A DNA stretch of 64,000 nt from Candidatus Staskawiczbacteria bacterium. Its GTDB lineage: Bacteria > Patescibacteriota > Minisyncoccia > Minisyncoccales > Staskawiczbacteraceae. Below the pieces are notes generated by a model. The model saw only the letters and a list, made by a program, of their open reading frames with translations, was not told the origin of the DNA and did not search any database. Position numbers and translations under genes: made by a program. The stretch is taken from contig JAPLYZ010000007.1 in NCBI GenBank assembly GCA_026395295.1, positions 370 through 64,369 on the forward strand. Reading direction: 5' to 3'. Shown here one piece after another: positions 19,940-29,945 of the stretch. Numbering within the stretch: the first letter of the stretch is position 1; every line of letters starts with the position of its first letter.

Positions 19940-20581
19940 TTATTTATGTTTTTCTGACAAAGCTTTTTTAAAAAAAGCCATTTTGTCTTTATGGCGAGTC
20001 ATGTTTCCCGAATGCATCATATACCGATACAAGGGTAATTCTATCCTATGAATGTTATATTTTTTGAGGTAGCGCGCCCTCAAATCTTTTTCTTCGTTGT
20101 AAAGAAAATTTTCGTCGTATAATCCAATGTCAACCAAATTATCTTTTTTAAACATTATTCCGCAAGCAATCGGGTGGTCTTCTGAATTCCTCCTCTCAAT
20201 AACCCTCTCTTCTTCATCAACCAATAAATAATCGCAGCAGACCGCATCAAAATCTTTATTAAACTCTATGAAACTGTAAAGGATTTTTAGAAAATCTTCG
20301 TGCAGATAATCGTCGTCGTCTACCCTGACAATAAACTTGCCCAACGCCTGCTTAATACCGGCATTGCAAGCATAAGGCAAGCCCGTATTTTTCGGCAAAT
20401 TTATTACTTTTATTGAATCGCTAAAAACATTTAAAATTGCCTCTGTTTGGTCGGAACTTCCGTCGTTAACCACAATAATTTCATAATTCTGCTTAGACCA
20501 TACTTGGTCTAGCAGGCTCCGAATCGCCCGACCGATATATTTTTCCCTATTATGAGTTGGGACTATAACGCTTACTTTCAT
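19940..20581 (-). CDS. Glycosyltransferase family 2 (paralog of 19245..19913)
   Basis: VSVIVPTHN, NDGSSD, RVDDDD, LPLYRY. Confidence 0.9.
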   Translation of the reverse strand: MKVSVIVPTHNREKYIGRAIRSLLDQVWSKQNYEIIVVNDGSSDQTEAILNVFSDSIKVINLPKNTGLPYACNAGIKQALGKFIVRVDDDDYLHEDFLKILYSFIEFNKDFDAVCCDYLLVDEEERVIERRNSEDHPIACGIMFKKDNLVDIGLYDENFLYNEEKDLRARYLKKYNIHRIELPLYRYMMHSGNMTRHKDKMAFFKKALSEKHK

Positions 20582-20591
20582 ATCATTAGAC

Positions 20592-21530
20592 TTATCGCTT
20601 AATTATTTTTTTAAACCACGCGACAGTCTCTCTGAGACCGTCCTCAAAATTATACTTCACCCGCCATTCAAGTTGCCTTTCTGCTTTTAAACAATCCAGA
20701 CAACTTCTCTGCTGTCCGATTTCTTTATCGGCCTTATATAATTTTTCGCATTCGCGCCCGCTCGCCCTTTTTATTATTTCAAAAACATTATTGATGTCCG
20801 TTTCTTTTCCTGTTCCTATGTTGAATATTCCCGACTTATCTGTTTTCATAGCAAAAATAGCCGACTCAACGACATCTTTAACATAAATAAAATCTCTTGT
20901 CTGTTTTCCATTTCCGAAAATTATTGGACTTTTGCCAGAAAGTATTTTCCCGCAAAAAATTGCCACCACCCCTGCTTCGCCTTTCTCATCCTGCCTCGGA
21001 CCATAGACATTGGCAAACCTCAAAGACACGTAATTTAAACTAAAATTTTTGTAATAATACGCCAAATATTTTTCTGTGGTCAACTTGCCAATTCCATAGG
21101 GCGACGCCGGACATTCAGCGTAACTTTCTGAAGTAGGGAAAACTTCTGTCTTGCCATAGACTGCCGCGCTTGAAGCAAAAACAATTTTTTTGACTCCAAA
21201 CCCCCTGCAATTTTCTAAAATATTAATACTTCCGATGATATTAGTATTAGCATCTCCTATCGGGTCTTTTACGGATTTTTTTATATCAATCTGCGCAGCA
21301 AAATGAAAAACTATTTCTGGTTTTTCTTTTTTAAAAATATCACCAATTTTTTTATCACGCACATCAATCTTATATAATTTAGCCTTAGGGTTTAAATTAT
21401 ATTTTTTGCCGGAAGATAAGTCATCTATTACTACAACTGCGTAACCATCTGCAACCAATTTGTCTACAAGATTAGACCCAATAAAACCTGCTCCCCCAGT
21501 TACTAAAATTTTTTTATCGAGCGTACTCAT
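20592..21530 (-). CDS. UDP-glucose 4-epimerase-like SDR
   Basis: GGAGFIGS, SSAAVYG, YGIGK, NVYGPRQD, GEAGVV. Confidence 0.85.
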   Translation of the reverse strand: MSTLDKKILVTGGAGFIGSNLVDKLVADGYAVVVIDDLSSGKKYNLNPKAKLYKIDVRDKKIGDIFKKEKPEIVFHFAAQIDIKKSVKDPIGDANTNIIGSINILENCRGFGVKKIVFASSAAVYGKTEVFPTSESYAECPASPYGIGKLTTEKYLAYYYKNFSLNYVSLRFANVYGPRQDEKGEAGVVAIFCGKILSGKSPIIFGNGKQTRDFIYVKDVVESAIFAMKTDKSGIFNIGTGKETDINNVFEIIKRASGRECEKLYKADKEIGQQRSCLDCLKAERQLEWRVKYNFEDGLRETVAWFKKIIKR

Positions 21531-21535
21531 TTTTT

Positions 21536-21976
21536 TTATTTAGCCCCAGCTATGTTTTTCAAAAGCCAAGAAGAACTCTGAACCTTACCCCCGCCAACAT
21601 TATTGATCACTTTTATATTAAATTTTTTGCAAGCTTCTGTTTCATTTTCCGGGATGTTACCCGAATTCCTGTCCCCGCCTTTGGCAAAAAATAATTCTGC
21701 ACTAGGATATTTTTTAGCAATCGCAATCAGACTCTCGGCAACTGTCTTGTCTTTATCAATTGCCAAAATGACGTCGTCGGCATATCGCAAAGCTTTTATT
21801 ATTTCTATCCTCTCCTGCTCCGGCATAAAGGGGGTTGATCCTTTAATTTTAACTTGTGCGTCGTTGTTTACAATAACAACCAAAAAATCACCCAAATTTT
21901 TGGCCTCCCTTATCAAATTTATATGCCCGATATGCAAGGGGTTGAAGAATCCTGATGTGATTACAACCTTTTTCAT
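21536..21976 (-). CDS. Cytidylyltransferase/adenylyltransferase (TagD/RfaE-II-like)
   Basis: SGFFNPLHIGH, KGGDR, KVQSSS. Confidence 0.85.
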   Translation of the reverse strand: MKKVVITSGFFNPLHIGHINLIREAKNLGDFLVVIVNNDAQVKIKGSTPFMPEQERIEIIKALRYADDVILAIDKDKTVAESLIAIAKKYPSAELFFAKGGDRNSGNIPENETEACKKFNIKVINNVGGGKVQSSSWLLKNIAGAK

Positions 21977-22012
21977 TGCTTTTTTTGTTTTTTATTTATA
22001 TCATAAACTAAC

Positions 22013-24271
22013 ATGAAAAACAATATCAACGAGAAAAAATTACACTGGCTGTATTCAGCAGGATTATTCATAATTTTAGCTCTGCCAATTTTAACGTTGC
22101 CGCCATGGTTTTACCCACCAGACTGGGGAAAAGTCATTATATTCAGAAGCCTTCTGGCAATAATGCTATTTTTCTTCGCGTGGAACGTTTTATATAAAAA
22201 AGATACATTTACGAGGGCTCAATTAAAAAATTATCCGGTTCTTTGGGCGTTAGGCGCGTTCTTTGTCGTTTTCCTGCTTGCCAGTATATTCTCGGTTAGC
22301 CCTGGCTTCAGTTTTTGGGGCTCTCCATATCGCGCAGGTGGAACAATGAATCTCGCCTTTTATTCAGCTTTCACTGCGTTGGCGTTTTGTCTTCTCAAGA
22401 AAGAACACTGGGAAAAAGTATGGATTCTTTCAATTGCAGTTGGAGTATTTGTTTCTTTAGTGGGGCTCATCCAGCTTTACGGACTTTTTAACAATGTCTT
22501 TGTGAGTGTAGGGAACAGGCCGGGTTCAACTATAGGAAACCCTATATTTTTGGGAATTTATCTTTTGCTGCTATTTTTCCCATCTTTAGCTCTGGCAATA
22601 AAAGAACCCTTCGACACGGCTCAGGGCAAACTCAAAAAAATATTTTATATTTTTTCCGGGCTAATTTTCCTATACACAATTTTAATAACAGGCAGTAGGG
22701 CCGCCTATCTTGGAATTGTTGTCGGGGCTTCATTTTTCCTATTATTTTACCCTAAAAAGTTTAAACTGTTAAAAGTTTGTCTTGCTTTGTTTTTGATATC
22801 TATTTTTCTAACTGTCTCATATGTCAACACGCGACCGGAGTATCCTTCAGGTTACCCAAAAATACTTCAAAACCGAATTACCGAACAAATAATTCCCAGA
22901 TTATCTGTCAAAAAAGCATTCGGCGATGAAAGATTTATGGCGTGGCAGACAGTGGTGAAAGAAATTAAAGATAGGCCAATTCTAGGGTGGGGTCCTGAAA
23001 ACTTATCTGTTGGTTTTGATAAAAATTATAATCCAACAATTACCCCATCTCCTTGGTGGGACAAGGCTCACAACATATTTTTAGACATAGGGGCCCAAGC
23101 AGGTATTTTGGGAATTTTGGCTTATGTTTTTCTATTTATAGTCTTATTTCAACAGCTTCACAAAGCCAAATCCGGTGGAAATGCGCTGATGGCGGGCGGA
23201 GTACAAGCAACTTTGGCCGGCTACTTAACGGCGAATTTTTTCAGTTTTGATTCATTCCCTACTTATCTTATTTTCTTCCTGATAATTTCCTATACGCTTT
23301 ACCTTTCTTCCCCTGGCAAAGATGAAACAAAAAATACTAACCAACCGCCAAAAATCATAAAACCACACGTGGGGCCCGCAATCATGTTCGTATTATTCTG
23401 CATACTAATAATCTTCTTATGGCAGTATAATTTAATGCCAGCTCAAATAAATAAACAAATAAACGTAGCGAGCAACCTTATAGACCAAAAAAAATGCGAC
23501 GCAGCCTTTGCCATTCTCGATAAACAATTGCAAAGCCACAGTTTTTTAGACTCCTTTGTAAGGATGGAATATGTAAATGATATAAAAATTTGCGCCAGCT
23601 ACTTCCCCGGGAATGATTCGGCCTACGCAAAAAAAGGGGTTGAGCTGTTAAAAGAAGCTGTAAAAATCCAATCGCTTTACACAAGATACTGGATCTATTT
23701 AGGCGGCTTCACCACAATCATCGCCGACAACGAACGCGACGCTGTGAAAAAAGAAAATCTAATTCTGGAGGCTTACTCTTATTTTGACAAAGCAGAAAAA
23801 TTATCGCCTCTGCACACAGAGACCCTTCTGGAAAGAGCAAAGGCAAATATGGTGGCAGGCAATTACGGAGAAATGAAAATTAATGCAGAAAAATGTCTGT
23901 CTGCAGATTCAATTTCAGGCGGATGTTATTGGATCAAAGGATTGGCAGAATTATATCTGGGAGATATAAACAGCGCAAAGGCAGATTTACAAAAGGCTCA
24001 AGACAAAGGGTATGATGTTGATACCCTTAGGTCTATGTACGACCTGGTCAATGCTTACGCGGCGACTAAAAATTACCAAGACCTGTCTGCTGTTTATCTA
24101 CGACTAATAAAAAGGGACCCAACTGTCCCGGAATATCACTCCTCGCTGGCTTTTACTTATGCAAAAATGAAAGAATATCAAAAATCCAGAGAAGAAGCCC
24201 TTAGGTTTTTGCAACTGATGCCCGGGGCGAAAGACGAAGTTGACGCTTTTCTAAAAACCCTGCCAAATTGA
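22013..24271 (+). CDS. O-antigen ligase (Wzy_C) family membrane protein with C-terminal TPR repeats
   Basis: Multi-TM; STIGNP, TGSRAA, RPILGWGPE, DKAHNIFL; helical TPR-like tail. Confidence 0.85.
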   Translation: MKNNINEKKLHWLYSAGLFIILALPILTLPPWFYPPDWGKVIIFRSLLAIMLFFFAWNVLYKKDTFTRAQLKNYPVLWALGAFFVVFLLASIFSVSPGFSFWGSPYRAGGTMNLAFYSAFTALAFCLLKKEHWEKVWILSIAVGVFVSLVGLIQLYGLFNNVFVSVGNRPGSTIGNPIFLGIYLLLLFFPSLALAIKEPFDTAQGKLKKIFYIFSGLIFLYTILITGSRAAYLGIVVGASFFLLFYPKKFKLLKVCLALFLISIFLTVSYVNTRPEYPSGYPKILQNRITEQIIPRLSVKKAFGDERFMAWQTVVKEIKDRPILGWGPENLSVGFDKNYNPTITPSPWWDKAHNIFLDIGAQAGILGILAYVFLFIVLFQQLHKAKSGGNALMAGGVQATLAGYLTANFFSFDSFPTYLIFFLIISYTLYLSSPGKDETKNTNQPPKIIKPHVGPAIMFVLFCILIIFLWQYNLMPAQINKQINVASNLIDQKKCDAAFAILDKQLQSHSFLDSFVRMEYVNDIKICASYFPGNDSAYAKKGVELLKEAVKIQSLYTRYWIYLGGFTTIIADNERDAVKKENLILEAYSYFDKAEKLSPLHTETLLERAKANMVAGNYGEMKINAEKCLSADSISGGCYWIKGLAELYLGDINSAKADLQKAQDKGYDVDTLRSMYDLVNAYAATKNYQDLSAVYLRLIKRDPTVPEYHSSLAFTYAKMKEYQKSREEALRFLQLMPGAKDEVDAFLKTLPN
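22606..22627. repeat. Short palindromic element (ccctgagc-N3/4-gtcgaagggt family) in frame in the O-antigen ligase gene
   Basis: acccttcgacacggctcagggc encodes part of EPFDTAQGK; related copies at 31447..31468 and 41749..41769. Confidence 0.75.
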
Positions 24272-24277
24272 CACGCG

Positions 24278-25291
24278 TCATTTAGACGCAGAATAATTTT
24301 GGTAAATGGCTTGGGAAACGTTTTTTATGGTGTTTTGCAGACTGTTCAAATTGTTCCCGCCGGTCATCACGCAAACAAAATATGGGCTAGCCGGATAATA
24401 GACTATCCCGCAATCGTGCAACTCTATTCTGCTTATTTGTTGGTCCTGCAAATCAACGTGTTCGCCGAATTTGTGTGAAACAACTATATTTTTCGGCACA
24501 CCGGCAACGAGCCCAGCATTAAAACTTGTTTTTGATAAAATATCCAGCGCCTTTTCAGACATTTTTTTGTCTAAATAAGTGGCGGAATATAAAATTCTGA
24601 AGAACAAGGAATACGCCCTTGGTGAAATAGTAAAATTATCTGTTGTCTTGGGATTTTCTATATTGAGGACATTGTAAATGGAATCCAAAGACGCTTGGTC
24701 GGCATTAGCTGAAAGAAGTGCAGTGGCGCCATTATCCGAATCAACAACCATTTCGCTTATCAAGTCCTCAATTGCATAGCTTTTACCAACAATCAAGCTC
24801 GAAGGAACATTAACAATGTTTGTTCCCACCAAGTCTGCTGTTTTTTTATCGTAAAAAAGTTTACTATTCAACAAAGAGGAGTCATTTTCTGCCTTTTTGA
24901 AGTAAGATACCATCATCACAACTTTCAGCATACTGGCTGGGCTATATTTATCGTTTTCATTAATACCCACCCATCGGCCACGGTCAAGGTCATAAAAAAA
25001 TACCGACGCGTCAGACAGGTTGTTGCTTTTCTCGTCGTTGTTTATTATATCCCTTATTTTGTTTTTCAAAGACGCCATCTCTGACTGCTGATCAGCTGAC
25101 GGTAAAATGTAAGCCAACAAAGGGTCAATAAATTTATAAGAAGAGTTGTGCTCTCTTATTGGTTTTATAACATCCAATTTTTTATTTAGTATATTGCTCT
25201 CATAACCAGCACCCAAAAAATAACCGGCAACTCCGCCAATAGTCAACAAACCGGCGCACATCAAAATAATTTTTATAAATTTTTTTATCAT
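24278..25291 (-). CDS. Class A beta-lactamase-like serine hydrolase / PBP-like protein with N-terminal TM anchor
   Basis: PASMLK (SxxK), SDN, VSHKFG, HDCGIVY; likely start MIKKF at 25291. Confidence 0.8.
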   Translation of the reverse strand: MIKKFIKIILMCAGLLTIGGVAGYFLGAGYESNILNKKLDVIKPIREHNSSYKFIDPLLAYILPSADQQSEMASLKNKIRDIINNDEKSNNLSDASVFFYDLDRGRWVGINENDKYSPASMLKVVMMVSYFKKAENDSSLLNSKLFYDKKTADLVGTNIVNVPSSLIVGKSYAIEDLISEMVVDSDNGATALLSANADQASLDSIYNVLNIENPKTTDNFTISPRAYSLFFRILYSATYLDKKMSEKALDILSKTSFNAGLVAGVPKNIVVSHKFGEHVDLQDQQISRIELHDCGIVYYPASPYFVCVMTGGNNLNSLQNTIKNVSQAIYQNYSASK

Positions 25292-25330
25292 AAGTGTTAT
25301 TATATAATAACACAAATATATAAATCAGTG

Positions 25331-25366
25331 AAAACAAAAAACCACCCGAAGGTGGTTTTTTGTTTT
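25331..25366 (-). terminator. Intrinsic terminator downstream of the S-layer-like gene
   Basis: aaaacaaaaaaccacc-cgaa-ggtggttttttgtttt perfect stem with A/T tails on both sides. Confidence 0.85.
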
Positions 25367-25407
25367 ATTCTCAACCTTTTCACAAGAAAGGCGAGAAAGT
25401 TTTACAA

Positions 25408-28400
25408 CTAGTAAGCGCGCACTGTCTCTGTTGGTGAGTTGGATGTCTGTAACAGATAACCATCATACCAATCAGCTGAAGATGCTGCGTTTGTGTAGCT
25501 GTGGATTACAGGTGTGCCTGATGAAATATCAGACCAGATGAAGTTGTATGTTCCTGTTCCGCTTCCAGAATTGGACTGTGTTGCTGACAATCCATAGACT
25601 GTTGAAACAGAGCTTGTGTCTAAGTAGCTTCCACCATAACTTGTGGTTTGAGCGCATACAGCGGCGTCATAAGGCATGTATGTTGACACAGCGTCTGGAC
25701 CATTACCTCCTGAAGGATTTGTGAATTCATTCACATTTGCCTTCAAAGTGTAGGTATTGGTTGTTCCGGCAGTAATATCTTCCTCTGTGGTGAATACCAC
25801 TACTACTGTTCCCGAACCAATTGTGTTGGTTGCTTTCAAGCTTGCTCCTGCTGCAGGGGTTCCGCTAGAACCGGCTCCGGCGTTTACAATGGCAACACTG
25901 TCGGTAATGTTGGTAGTTCCTTTGAAGAACGTGAAGTTATTCAAATAGTTACCTGTGCCGTTGTTGTTGGCCATTGCTGTTGTAAACTTCATTTGTTTTA
26001 CAGCAACCGGTCCGCTTGTTGGGGCTCCAACTGTGAACTTATAGAGTTCTACGTTAGCGCCTGTTGTGGCGGATGAATCAGTACCTGCGTAAGCTAATGT
26101 TGGAACTGACTTGAAGACGTATGTCTTGTTGGCTGTCTTTGTGCTAAAGAGGGTTGAGCCATCACTGTCTGATGTCTGAACTCCCTGGCTGTTGGCAACC
26201 TTAATATAAGACATATATGGCTGGACATCAATATTTGTTGTTCCTGCGTCTGCTGTAAGTCCTGGGCTCAAATTGAGCACCACTGCTAATGACTTGTAGG
26301 AATTTGCAGGAAGATTGATTGTCAAACCTGTAAAGTATGCAACATATTTCGAGCTCAAGTACTGAACTGGGGCTGTGGCATAAACTGTGCCTGTTGAATT
26401 ATCCTTCAAGGATACATTCACAACCGCGGCAGCTGCTGCGGCTGTTCCAGTTGAGTTAGCTGCTCCCAGCGCGAATTTCAACTCATTAATTGTGTATGAG
26501 TCGTTTTGAGCTGTGAACTTGTAGATACCAGCAGTAACGGGCTGATTGCCTGATACTATCTGGTTGGTAGGTGTTTGTGAATCTTGAGTTGCGTTGAATG
26601 CGCCAGAGCTGAAGGTGATTGTCTGACCGGCCAATACTGAGTCGCTGGTTGTTGTTACAGCCGTAGATGAGCCGGTAGTAATACCTTTCACCTCTACGTT
26701 GGCAATTCCTGTTGTGTTTCCTGCTTTGGAAGCATTAACATCTCCGTAAACCATAACATCTATGGTTGTTCCAGCTGGCAACTGATGGTTGATCGTGAAA
26801 GTGTTGTTGCCTGATGTGGCTGGTGTTGCTATAGAGGAAGTGGTTTGTGTTCCGTATTTAACATACAAATTGGTTGTGTATGTTTCTAATCTTGTTAAGC
26901 TCACTAAAATTGTGTTCAAGTTGACGGCTTCTGTTGTTGCAGATGTCAAAGTGAAGTGAGCTAATTTGACTTGAGTCAAAGGAGATACGAAAACTTGGTC
27001 TGTGTATGCGGCAAATTTTGAGAATGACAAGCTCCCGCCTGCTATTGTCAAAGAATTTGCTGTTACAGTTGCTGTTGGAACGTCAACGCTCTGAGAAGAA
27101 ATCTGTCCCATGCCGTTTCCGGTTGGGTTAAGCAATTCAACTTGAATGGTATCGTTGTTTTGGATACCTGTTGTTGTCAAGGTATATCCGTTTACGTTGT
27201 CCCAAATATCGGCCCTAACCTCCAAAGTTACTGGAGTTGCTGGGTCAATAATCAAGGATGAACCTAAGTTATAGGTTGTGTATCCTGTTGAATACCCTGT
27301 ACATTTCAAAGCTGTTGTGCTTCCGATTTGTACGCCATTAGCATACAAAGCGCCGTTTCTCAAGGCTGTTGCTCCATTATTAATGGAACAAACTGCTGCT
27401 ACTTTCAATGAATCAACCTTAACTCTTTCACCTGTTGCTTTAAGAGTAAATTTACCCAAAAGCTGGTTTGAAGCTGTGTTGATAACATTGCTTGCAGGAG
27501 AATCAGTTGTCTTTTGGACTGTGACTGCTCCATAAGCAATTGTCTGAACGCCGGTTGATACTGGGAATGTGCTGCTGTTAGATACTGTTGACAATATGTT
27601 TGCTCCATATTGAGAATCAACAACTCTTATGTCAGCTGCATTTCTCACTGAAAAATAGAAGTTTCTGTATGAACCGCCGATTACGTCTGCCAAAACTTTG
27701 ACATCTCTTGTTCCGGTTTGCAATGAAACTGGAGAAGAGGTGAAATCAAATGTTAAATAACCATTTGAATCCAAATTGGCAACTGCAGAACCTTTCTGCA
27801 CGCCGTCAATAAACAATCTAAAGTTTTGAAGGTCAGAATAATTGACGCTTCCAATTTCTCTCAATCTCAACCACTGAAGGTTAGCCGCTCTTACACCGAT
27901 TGATACCGAGTTATCAAACACGACTGTGTCAACTGCTGGTGTCAATGAATTGTTTGTGGTTGGTGTTGTTGATGTTGAATATGTCATTACAACAGTGCCT
28001 AAGCTGGCTCCGCTGAATGCTTGCATCAAGTTGCCGTTCAATGGGAAATTTCCTTTTACTGAACTGGCAGTTGTTGTAACGTCGGTGGCAGATGCCAATG
28101 CTATTCCAACTGTTTCACCGCTTGAGGATGAAAGGTCAGAATAAACAGTGATTGTTGCTGAACTGCCTGCTGGGACTGTGAAAAGTCCTGTTGAATCGTT
28201 GAATGTGATTACTCCAGATGAAACTGAAGCTGCGTCGGTTAATCTATTTGCTCCCTGGAACAAATAAACATTTGCTAAATCAGCGTCAGCTGACATGCCG
28301 AGTCTGTGCAACTTTAATGTTGTTACTTTTGCTGCTACACTGTCTCCGTTGGCGAAAACGAATTTTGCCATTGGGGCTAATGCTTGGCTGGTAACAACTG

Positions 28401-28932
28401 CTGCAGCTGCTGGGTTGTCAGATGCGAATTGAGCTGTCAATCCTGTTCCTGTCGGAATAACATTATTGTTGTTATTATTATTGTTGTTGTTATTGGAAGC
28501 TGTTCCAATTTCTGCATTTAATGCTCCTCTTGTCATAGGACCAACCTGATTTGCAGGTGTAAATCCTTTGGCTGTCTGGTATTTTCTAACAGCAACCAAG
28601 GTCTTTGGACCAAAAGTTGTTGTTTCGTTTCCAGGCGAGCCTGCTCCTGTTACTGCAATTCGAGTCGTAGCTGTTCTGTTCAAGATTGATTGTAAGCATT
28701 TTACATCTGATCCTGTTGCGCCAACTGTCAAATTGCGTGAAAATGTAACTCCTGCGCAAGCGCCGCTTCCTGATGCTCCAGGTGTGCCTGACAAACCACT
28801 CAATTGTGATTGCAAGGCAGCGATCTGGGCCATCAGTTCGTCAACGGTTACGGCCTGAGTTACTGCAGGAGCAACTACTGCAACCAATGCCAATGCGACA
28901 ATGGTTGTTATAATTGTTCTTTTTATACTCAT
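25408..28932 (-). CDS. Large secreted S-layer-like protein with N-terminal peptidoglycan-binding-like domain
   Basis: Signal peptide; RNLTVGATGSDVKCLQSILN...FGPKTLVAVRKYQ...VGPMTRGALN; T/S/A/N-rich beta-type body; N11 linker. Confidence 0.75.
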   Translation of the reverse strand: MSIKRTIITTIVALALVAVVAPAVTQAVTVDELMAQIAALQSQLSGLSGTPGASGSGACAGVTFSRNLTVGATGSDVKCLQSILNRTATTRIAVTGAGSPGNETTTFGPKTLVAVRKYQTAKGFTPANQVGPMTRGALNAEIGTASNNNNNNNNNNNVIPTGTGLTAQFASDNPAAAAVVTSQALAPMAKFVFANGDSVAAKVTTLKLHRLGMSADADLANVYLFQGANRLTDAASVSSGVITFNDSTGLFTVPAGSSATITVYSDLSSSSGETVGIALASATDVTTTASSVKGNFPLNGNLMQAFSGASLGTVVMTYSTSTTPTTNNSLTPAVDTVVFDNSVSIGVRAANLQWLRLREIGSVNYSDLQNFRLFIDGVQKGSAVANLDSNGYLTFDFTSSPVSLQTGTRDVKVLADVIGGSYRNFYFSVRNAADIRVVDSQYGANILSTVSNSSTFPVSTGVQTIAYGAVTVQKTTDSPASNVINTASNQLLGKFTLKATGERVKVDSLKVAAVCSINNGATALRNGALYANGVQIGSTTALKCTGYSTGYTTYNLGSSLIIDPATPVTLEVRADIWDNVNGYTLTTTGIQNNDTIQVELLNPTGNGMGQISSQSVDVPTATVTANSLTIAGGSLSFSKFAAYTDQVFVSPLTQVKLAHFTLTSATTEAVNLNTILVSLTRLETYTTNLYVKYGTQTTSSIATPATSGNNTFTINHQLPAGTTIDVMVYGDVNASKAGNTTGIANVEVKGITTGSSTAVTTTSDSVLAGQTITFSSGAFNATQDSQTPTNQIVSGNQPVTAGIYKFTAQNDSYTINELKFALGAANSTGTAAAAAAVVNVSLKDNSTGTVYATAPVQYLSSKYVAYFTGLTINLPANSYKSLAVVLNLSPGLTADAGTTNIDVQPYMSYIKVANSQGVQTSDSDGSTLFSTKTANKTYVFKSVPTLAYAGTDSSATTGANVELYKFTVGAPTSGPVAVKQMKFTTAMANNNGTGNYLNNFTFFKGTTNITDSVAIVNAGAGSSGTPAAGASLKATNTIGSGTVVVVFTTEEDITAGTTNTYTLKANVNEFTNPSGGNGPDAVSTYMPYDAAVCAQTTSYGGSYLDTSSVSTVYGLSATQSNSGSGTGTYNFIWSDISSGTPVIHSYTNAASSADWYDGYLLQTSNSPTETVRAY

Positions 28933-29090
28933 TTTTTTGTGTTTTTTTAATTTAATTTTTATTTTTTTATTTCTCGTCGGTCGACCATTACTTGTTCGCG
29001 GCTTGTTGCTCGCGATTTTACGTACTAATCACGAACTGACCGCAAAAATTTACCCCGTTGAATAACAGGGACGACTCGTCAAATGTTAAA

Positions 29091-29807
29091 TTATTTGTTT
29101 ATCAATAATATCTTCTCTAACGCGTCCGCATATTTCCCTTGGTCGCATAAATTCTCTATTTCAGTCAATATATTCCTCTGATCATCGGTAAGTGTTGTTT
29201 TATGCAAATCAGCCAACTGACCTTGAACAACTGTTTGGTATAAATCTTTTATATCTGGGTTTGTTGCCAAATCTGTCCCTGGGACATCGGCTAAGGTTTT
29301 TAAGCCACTGGCTATATCTTTTAATGTTCTAGGATTTTTGGTCGGATCATCTTTTAGGCTCTTAGCAGCAGCTTTTACTTCGTTTATTGCTGGAGACATA
29401 TTATCTTTTCTACCGTCTTTAGCGACTTGGGCCAAATCATTTATTCTATTGTTAAAAACTACTATATCTTGTCCTAACCCCGAGCTACCTGTTAAGGCCG
29501 CCTGCGATTGCTCGGCTATCCTTTTTACTGGGAACAACAAATCGCCTGGCATTGCATATCCAATAAATCCGAAAGCTCCCAAAACAAAGAAAAAAACAAC
29601 TGCGAAAGAATAGGCTAATTTCTTCTGAAAAAATAAAGAAGAAACAACATCCATAAAACTTATCTCTTTTGTTGGAGCTAAAACCACTTTCGTTTCTTTC
29701 TTTGCCAAAATTTGCGATTTAAGCAAAACAGCCCATTCTTTTCTGGGCTTAATTTCCTTCAATTGCTTCAATGACCCTATAAGTTGTTCTTGATTTAATT
29801 TTGTCAT
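29091..29807 (-). CDS. DUF5667-like single-TM protein, probable anti-sigma factor
   Basis: TM followed by AMPGDLLFPVKRIAE; directly downstream of ECF sigma; likely start MTKLN at 29807. Confidence 0.65.
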   Translation of the reverse strand: MTKLNQEQLIGSLKQLKEIKPRKEWAVLLKSQILAKKETKVVLAPTKEISFMDVVSSLFFQKKLAYSFAVVFFFVLGAFGFIGYAMPGDLLFPVKRIAEQSQAALTGSSGLGQDIVVFNNRINDLAQVAKDGRKDNMSPAINEVKAAAKSLKDDPTKNPRTLKDIASGLKTLADVPGTDLATNPDIKDLYQTVVQGQLADLHKTTLTDDQRNILTEIENLCDQGKYADALEKILLINK

Positions 29808-29827
29808 TGTATGCCTTGTATAAGTAT

Positions 29828-29854
29828 GACGCTTCAACCCTGTGATTTGTTACA
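29828..29854 (-). promoter_or_regulatory. Putative ECF-sigma promoter TGTAAC-N17-CGTC
   Basis: Minus strand tgtaac-aaatcacagggttgaag-cgtc, 20 nt upstream of ATG 29807; resembles SigX/SigM-type consensus. Confidence 0.55.
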
Positions 29855-29860
29855 CAATTT

Positions 29861-29936
29861 TGTCATCCCCGTGTAAACGGGGATCCAGAGTATTTTATTT
29901 TAACTCATCTGGATTCCCGCTTTCGCGGGAATGACA
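29861..29936. repeat. REP-like inverted hairpin doublet
   Basis: tgtcatccccgtgtaaacggggatccag...ctggattcccgctttcgcgggaatgaca: two hairpins in inverted orientation. Confidence 0.85.
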
Positions 29937-29945
29937 TAATAAAAA

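Noticed and set aside
22838..22857. Possible further palindromic insertion (EYPSGYP) in the O-antigen ligase gene
   Set aside because: Only 7 of 9 pairs and no second copy in the window
28462..28494. Poly-Asn tract as a phase-variable microsatellite
   Set aside because: Mixed AAT/AAC codons, and triplet changes keep the frame; it looks like a linker
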